From an uncultured Deferribacteres bacterium (lineage in GTDB: Bacteria > Zhuqueibacterota > Zhuqueibacteria > Zhuqueibacterales > Geothermadaptataceae), in NCBI GenBank assembly GCA_964014485.1, contig CAXHAT010000053.1, forward strand, positions 1 to 41,870: a DNA stretch of 41,870 bases, in the 5' to 3' direction. The position numbers were made by a program, and so were the translations under genes. The notes under the pieces were generated by a model. The model was not told where the DNA came from. It ran no database searches and saw only the letters and a program-made list of their open reading frames with translations. This document shows, piece by piece, positions 37,350 through 41,870 of this stretch; within the stretch, counting starts at the first letter, position 1; each line of letters begins with the position of its first letter.

Positions 37350-37616
37350 TCATCCTACAGCGATGGAATATTCCGTAAGTGCAGATCGGCGCTTCCGGGC
37401 GCGTTTTGCAATTTCGATCAACTCACGAATGGTTGGAATCAATTCGTCAACAGTTTCCGGCGTGAAGGAAGCTTCACCATCTTGAGGGCAGACCCAAGCA
37501 TAAACATTGGGAACACGAACTGCTATATCGCCTTCAACGTACTCAAACGCAGTTCGGCGCCATTCTTTTTTCGTATGATGATCTCCGCAGATAGGAATCG
37601 CTTTCTTCTTCATCAT
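37350..37616 (-). CDS. YgiT/MqsA-type zinc-finger-like protein (putative antitoxin)
   Basis: PICG...VRVPNVYAWVCPQDGEASF pattern; abuts the DUF4258-like gene. Confidence 0.7.
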   Translation of the reverse strand: MMKKKAIPICGDHHTKKEWRRTAFEYVEGDIAVRVPNVYAWVCPQDGEASFTPETVDELIPTIRELIEIAKRARKRRSALTEYSIAVG

Positions 37617-37946
37617 TTATTTTCTCCTTCGACGCTTGCGGCGCGAAAATCCGGGTTCTTTCCATACCCGTTCGTCAGGAATATAAGCCGTGACAAATTC
37701 AACATACACCGGATCGGCGCATTCACAGACTACATGCAGATAAGCAGTAACATTCTCAAAAATTTCCACTTTTCCGGAAACCAGCGCGCGACGTCTTTCA
37801 GGATATTCCTCGATTATCTTTCCGTTCAAGACCGCTTCAACCATATTTTTATGATCAAAGCCTTCTTTCAAAGCATGTCGAACCGCGTGGCTTTTTACGA
37901 GATAGTTACCCGCTCTAATCCGCTCACGAATAGTTTCAATATCCAC
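37617..37946 (-). CDS. DUF4258-like protein (putative toxin)
   Basis: HAVRHA, AVLNGKIIEEYP, LHVVC, FVTAYIPD..W motifs; GTG start. Confidence 0.75.
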   Translation of the reverse strand: MDIETIRERIRAGNYLVKSHAVRHALKEGFDHKNMVEAVLNGKIIEEYPERRRALVSGKVEIFENVTAYLHVVCECADPVYVEFVTAYIPDERVWKEPGFSRRKRRRRK

Positions 37947-38060
37947 GTGAACCCCCTTGTTGCGATTCTAACTATCTTAAAATATAAAAAGTGATCGTAG
38001 AAAGCAATCTGCCAGCTTGGTTCTGGCGAGCAATCAATTTGGGAAAAGCATGCGAGCCAT

Positions 38061-39992
38061 TTAATGCTCCTTCTTCTCAGCCGCCTGTTGTGAGATCATG
38101 TCTTCCATCATCTTCAAGCCGGCCTTAATCCCCGCTTCCGCGATTTCGATGGTGATCAGCGTTGCATCACTTTCGCGCGCACATTCTTCCATGCGTTTTT
38201 GCGTACCATCGCGCATAAATCCTTCCGGCACGCGTTGGAGTCGATTCCAGGCTTCGAGCGTCCAGGAAAAGTCGCCTTTCTTTAAAATTTCCAAATTTTC
38301 GGATTCAAATTCGCCGTTCTTTTGCAATCTGCCGCGCGCCTCCAAATTTTCGGTTTCTTCAATCACATCACCGACCACGTCCAAAACCATTTCCCGCGAA
38401 ATCAGCGGCGCTTTACGCACGCGCGCCGTCTTTTCGATCTGCGCCTTTGCCCGCCGTCGCTGATAGCCGGACGGCACCTTGCGCAGAGCCTGTTTCGCTT
38501 CGCTCGTCCACTTCAAACGCACGTCATCAAAAGTGCGCTCTTCCAAAACGTCGCCTTCCAGCGGCGCAATGTTTTCAATTGCCTCTTTGTCCAAACGCTC
38601 AAACGTTTTCCGATCTGATTTACAAATCGGGCAAATCACCGGAAAAACGTCCTTTGCCGCATAGCCGCATTCTTTACAAATATAAGTTTCAACATCCGCC
38701 GCCTCGACCTTTTTGGTTGCGACTTCTTCGGCAATAATGCCCATCGCCAGCATCGCTTTTTTCGGCAGAATCGGGGCCATCGCTTTTTCGATCACTTTGC
38801 GGGAAATAACTGAGTGTCCGCGCTCCATCGCCCAGCGGTGAATCGTGGTTTTGGCCACGCCGCGCACGCTCTCCGGGGCCGTGTTCAGCAATGCCTTCGC
38901 ATCCTCCGTCCAGACCATCGATTCCTCAGCGCGAATATCAATCGCCGGCGTGTAGCGCTTGCTGGAAAAAAGAATATTGCAGGGCGCCAATCGAAGCAAA
39001 TTCTCAGCGTTACTGCCGACGTCCATATCTTCGTCGCTATGAACACCGATTCGTCCCATCACCAGAAGCCATGGGCGTTCGCGTCGCGTGTATTGCATGA
39101 TTTTTTCAAAAGCCTTGCCGTCGAGCAGCGTGATTTTCAATTCAACATCGTCTTCCAGCGCGATTGTGCGCGCCACTTCGAGATGCGATTGATAAATTTT
39201 CGCCAAGCCCGTGTCGATGACGTCTTCGTGCAACTGCTCCTGCTCTTTGAATTTGAAAACTTTGGAGGCTTTTTCTGTGAGTACGTTGGCGATACTATTA
39301 AACAATGTGTAGTGCAGGTAGGGATCGTAAACGGCGATGGCTTCGACTTCTTTATTAAGTTGCTTGCCAAGTTTAATCGCGGTTTTAAGCCCGGCGAAAG
39401 ATTCCGGGCTGCCGTCAATGCAAACGACAATGTTGCCGCCGTTGCCGTTTTCATGCTTAACGTCGCCGTTCGTCGCGCCGTTAAGTTGTTCTTCGATGGG
39501 AGAAGTATTTTTAATGATCAGCGTGTCCGTCTTTGTCCGCCGCAACACCCGTTCTGTCACGCTCCCGACCAAGCTGTCACGAACGGCGCCCAACCCCAGC
39601 GCGCCCATGACGACCAGATCATAATCGCTATTATTGATGTCATCGACTAAAACTTTATAGTTTTTGCCGTCGATCATTTTAGGCTCAAAGGGCAATTGCA
39701 TCGCCTTGCAACGCTCCTGCATGACTTCCAAATAAGAATCGGAAATCAACTCCAGCCCCATCGTAATCAGCGTGTCGTGAATGTCGCGCTGTTTTTCGAG
39801 TTCCTGCTCAACTTGATACTCGGACGGCAGGGTAAATTCCATCTGCTTGAAACGAATATCGTGCATACGGGCGGCATAGGCGTGGCAGCCGACCAATTCC
39901 GATTTGAATTTTTCGGCCATAAGCGTCGCCATTTCGATACATCGCATCGAATGATCGGAATTGTCAACGGGCACGTATATTTTCTCGAACAT
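38061..39992 (-). CDS. Multidomain protein: two USP domains, three PCP_red-like domains and a rubredoxin-like motif
   Basis: KIYVPVDNS..DLVVMGALG..GSVTERV; IVVCIDGS..LLVMGRIG..GSNAENL; WTEDAK, WTSEAK and WTLEAW repeats; CKECGY...CPIC. GAGGAAAGG before ATG 39992 (track 40094). Confidence 0.88.
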   Translation of the reverse strand: MFEKIYVPVDNSDHSMRCIEMATLMAEKFKSELVGCHAYAARMHDIRFKQMEFTLPSEYQVEQELEKQRDIHDTLITMGLELISDSYLEVMQERCKAMQLPFEPKMIDGKNYKVLVDDINNSDYDLVVMGALGLGAVRDSLVGSVTERVLRRTKTDTLIIKNTSPIEEQLNGATNGDVKHENGNGGNIVVCIDGSPESFAGLKTAIKLGKQLNKEVEAIAVYDPYLHYTLFNSIANVLTEKASKVFKFKEQEQLHEDVIDTGLAKIYQSHLEVARTIALEDDVELKITLLDGKAFEKIMQYTRRERPWLLVMGRIGVHSDEDMDVGSNAENLLRLAPCNILFSSKRYTPAIDIRAEESMVWTEDAKALLNTAPESVRGVAKTTIHRWAMERGHSVISRKVIEKAMAPILPKKAMLAMGIIAEEVATKKVEAADVETYICKECGYAAKDVFPVICPICKSDRKTFERLDKEAIENIAPLEGDVLEERTFDDVRLKWTSEAKQALRKVPSGYQRRRAKAQIEKTARVRKAPLISREMVLDVVGDVIEETENLEARGRLQKNGEFESENLEILKKGDFSWTLEAWNRLQRVPEGFMRDGTQKRMEECARESDATLITIEIAEAGIKAGLKMMEDMISQQAAEKKEH

Positions 39993-40213
39993 CCTTTCCT
40001 CCTCAGGGCGTTTCAAGCAAAGTCGCAGATCGGCGTTATCAAAAAAATTTATTGTTAGAAAATTTAATCTATCGCCTTTCTCGCATATTGTCAAGACGCA
40101 GCGGTACGAACGGTTTTAACTTGTGTCAAAAACATGGGCATGCTACTTTCAGCGCATCTTGAGTCGCGCCGTTATCGGCTTGTCAAAATTTCAACGCCAA
40201 CGATAAGAAATCC

Positions 40214-40726
40214 GTGCAAGAAAACGAACTGATTCGAACCAACGATATTCGCAGCCAGGTGACTTTTTTCCTGCTGTTTTTGACCTCCGACGCATGCCTG
40301 GAAGCGTGTGATGAAATTATGCCGCGTGAAAAACTGGCTTTCGAATTGTGCCGCATTTGGTTCGATGAAATTTATGCTCCGGGGCAAAGCTACCTGGAAT
40401 CAATCAAAGGCGATTTCTCACCGGAAGACGTTGAGGCGTTTGAGGAAGCTTTTGAGGTCGAAGAGTTGATCGATCTCGAGCGTTTTCATCATTTTTTTGA
40501 ACTAAGGATGAAAATGTTGGCCGAAAAATACAAGCGCGACTCGAGCTTTCCCGACAACGACATGTGGCGTAATTTAACGCGAAGCGCCGCGCACGTTCTC
40601 AAAGAAATCGAGCCGAATGCGGCGCAACTGCGAAGTGTCCTGGAAGAAAAAGTCGAGACCGCCGTTCGTCAGCGCGGCCGTTTATTGGAAGGCGAAGACT
40701 GGCGGCGTCTTTTGGGAAACGCTTGA
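40214..40726 (+). CDS. Hypothetical protein
   Basis: 170-aa acidic helical ORF, GTG start, first of three co-directional ORFs. Confidence 0.7.
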   Translation: MQENELIRTNDIRSQVTFFLLFLTSDACLEACDEIMPREKLAFELCRIWFDEIYAPGQSYLESIKGDFSPEDVEAFEEAFEVEELIDLERFHHFFELRMKMLAEKYKRDSSFPDNDMWRNLTRSAAHVLKEIEPNAAQLRSVLEEKVETAVRQRGRLLEGEDWRRLLGNA

Positions 40727-40750
40727 AGATAATTTTGTGATAGAAAAAAA

Positions 40751-41104
40751 ATGCCCGATTGGAACGAACTGGAATTTTTAAGCTGGAAAGAATTCAAGCA
40801 AATGGGCCCGTCCATCCTCCAATTGGAAGCGACCCGTTTGGAAAAACTGATGCGCGGCGCTGAAGACGATCTCGAAGCATACAACACCTACGTAAAAGCG
40901 CGCTTTGAATTAAAAAAATTTATTAGTTGTCTGGAAACCGCCAAAAGCGAGAAGCTCCCGGAGTCCAGCTTGACGCATATTCGTGACGCCATTTCCAGCC
41001 TGTCGCACGTTCGTCCAAAATCACACGCGCCGGAGACCGTCGACTACATTCTGGATCGTCTCAATTATATTTTTCATCGCAGCGGATTGGTTTACAAAAA
41101 TTGA
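40751..41104 (+). CDS. Hypothetical protein
   Basis: 117-aa ORF starting 24 nt after the previous stop. Confidence 0.7.
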   Translation: MPDWNELEFLSWKEFKQMGPSILQLEATRLEKLMRGAEDDLEAYNTYVKARFELKKFISCLETAKSEKLPESSLTHIRDAISSLSHVRPKSHAPETVDYILDRLNYIFHRSGLVYKN

Positions 41105-41169
41105 CGCAGCAGAGACGCAACGTATCGCATCTCTGCCACTCTTTGACAAAAATTCGGGATAACAAATTT

Positions 41170-41529
41170 ATGGATTGGGTTTGGACGCTTTGCCAGGATT
41201 ATGTGAGGAAGCATTTGCGGCGGCAGCGAGTTTATGAGCCGACGGATGCGCAATTGCAGGAAGCGTTTATCGAAATCCTTAGTGAATCGACCGTGTCAGT
41301 GCTAGTTCAAGAGCCGTGGCAGACCGGCGTTCGCTTCAAAGGCTTGGCGAAATACGACGCAACGAACATGACGCCACTGCTCTCTTCACCGGAGAGTTAT
41401 TTGTTCGAAAAATTTGGCGGCGGAAAGTACAAACTCAATTTTCACCAGGGTTTGAACTTCATCGCCACCAAAAACTTCAAGCCGGAAGGCGAACCGAAGT
41501 GGATCGATCTTCCGGACATTGGCTATTGA
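41170..41529 (+). CDS. Hypothetical protein
   Basis: ATG 41170 (track TTG 41101); protein-like composition, FGGGKYKLNF. Confidence 0.7.
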   Translation: MDWVWTLCQDYVRKHLRRQRVYEPTDAQLQEAFIEILSESTVSVLVQEPWQTGVRFKGLAKYDATNMTPLLSSPESYLFEKFGGGKYKLNFHQGLNFIATKNFKPEGEPKWIDLPDIGY

Positions 41530-41547
41530 AAGAGTTGTTTCAGATCA

Positions 41548-41626
41548 TGGAGTGCGATGATTCAGCATCGCCTGGACGTTTCCAGGGTTTCGTTGCGTCA
41601 AACGCTGAAGCGTATCACTCCAAAGT
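41548..41626. repeat. REP-like nested palindrome (GGAGT...ACTCC type)
   Basis: TGGAGTG / CACTCCA outer stem; TCAAACGCTGAAGCGT..ACTCC.AAGT matches the reverse complement of 22601-22628. Confidence 0.55.
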
Positions 41627-41696
41627 CATCTATTCCGAAGTATTTCGGAACGCCAAGCAGAGCGACGACGTCTATTCTTGCTAAAATTGTGAATTC

Positions 41697-41870
41697 ATGA
41701 GTCAAGCCCTCCACATATTTCCTTGCGAAACCAAGCTTCCCCAATACCTGGCCAAGAAATTGGCTCAAAAGAACACGCCCAATCTGTCGCAAATCGCGAT
41801 CGTCGTTCCTTCACGACGTATGAAGGACGAAATTCGCGCCGCCGTTGCAGAAGCCCTCGAAATCTGCTTT
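41697..41870 (+). CDS. 5' part of a gene running off the window, possibly AddB/PD-(D/E)XK nuclease-like
   Basis: Open frame from ATG 41697 to the window end: MSQALHIFPCETKLPQYLAKKLAQKNTPNLSQIAIVVPSRRMKDEI; IVVPSRR resembles AddB-type N-termini. Confidence 0.5.
   Translation, partial: MSQALHIFPCETKLPQYLAKKLAQKNTPNLSQIAIVVPSRRMKDEIRAAVAEALEICF

Noticed and set aside
35811..39992. Chlorophyll biosynthesis (DPOR) interpretation of the PCP_red-like domains
   Set aside because: No BchL/N/B catalytic subunits or other photosynthesis genes are in the window; only the small terminal domain is present.

Overview
Ordinary-GC (about 47% by eye) bacterial chromosome segment. Two secreted proteins carry T9SS-type C-terminal sorting domains, which suggests an FCB-related lineage such as KSB1/Calditrichota (inference). 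From left to right: an ECF sigma factor with a Cys-rich tail precedes a persulfide-handling operon (TauE/TSUP, CstB-like dioxygenase-rhodanese, two YeeE/YedE) that has an ECF-type promoter. Next come a decayed IS200/IS605 element missing from the ORF track, a trans-sulfuration PLP enzyme, a sigma54-type promoter with an HD-GYP gene, a TldD/TldE pair whose TldD has lost its catalytic metal residues, a zinc-finger-fused polysaccharide deacetylase and glgC. Two inverted copies of a 197-bp MITE flank a secreted protein. A decarboxylase/tag/5'-3' exonuclease/LMW-PTP/fructosamine kinase run, Yip1, a C25-like protein with 9 FN3 repeats and a GH13 amylase follow. The right third is a minus-strand respiratory/redox block: a USP-rubredoxin-PCP_red multidomain protein, a toxin-antitoxin-like pair, an Mrp ATPase, a Zn-ribbon/PCP_red protein, an amicyanin-like copper protein, an A1-type heme-copper oxidase in the order I-III-IV-x-x-II, and three related small membrane proteins, one a fusion of the other two. 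Divergent orphan genes end the window. The best candidates for undescribed biology are the USP/PCP_red/Mrp-oxidase module, the ECF-controlled persulfide operon and the pseudo-TldD. All family calls come from motif recognition by eye; no searches were run.
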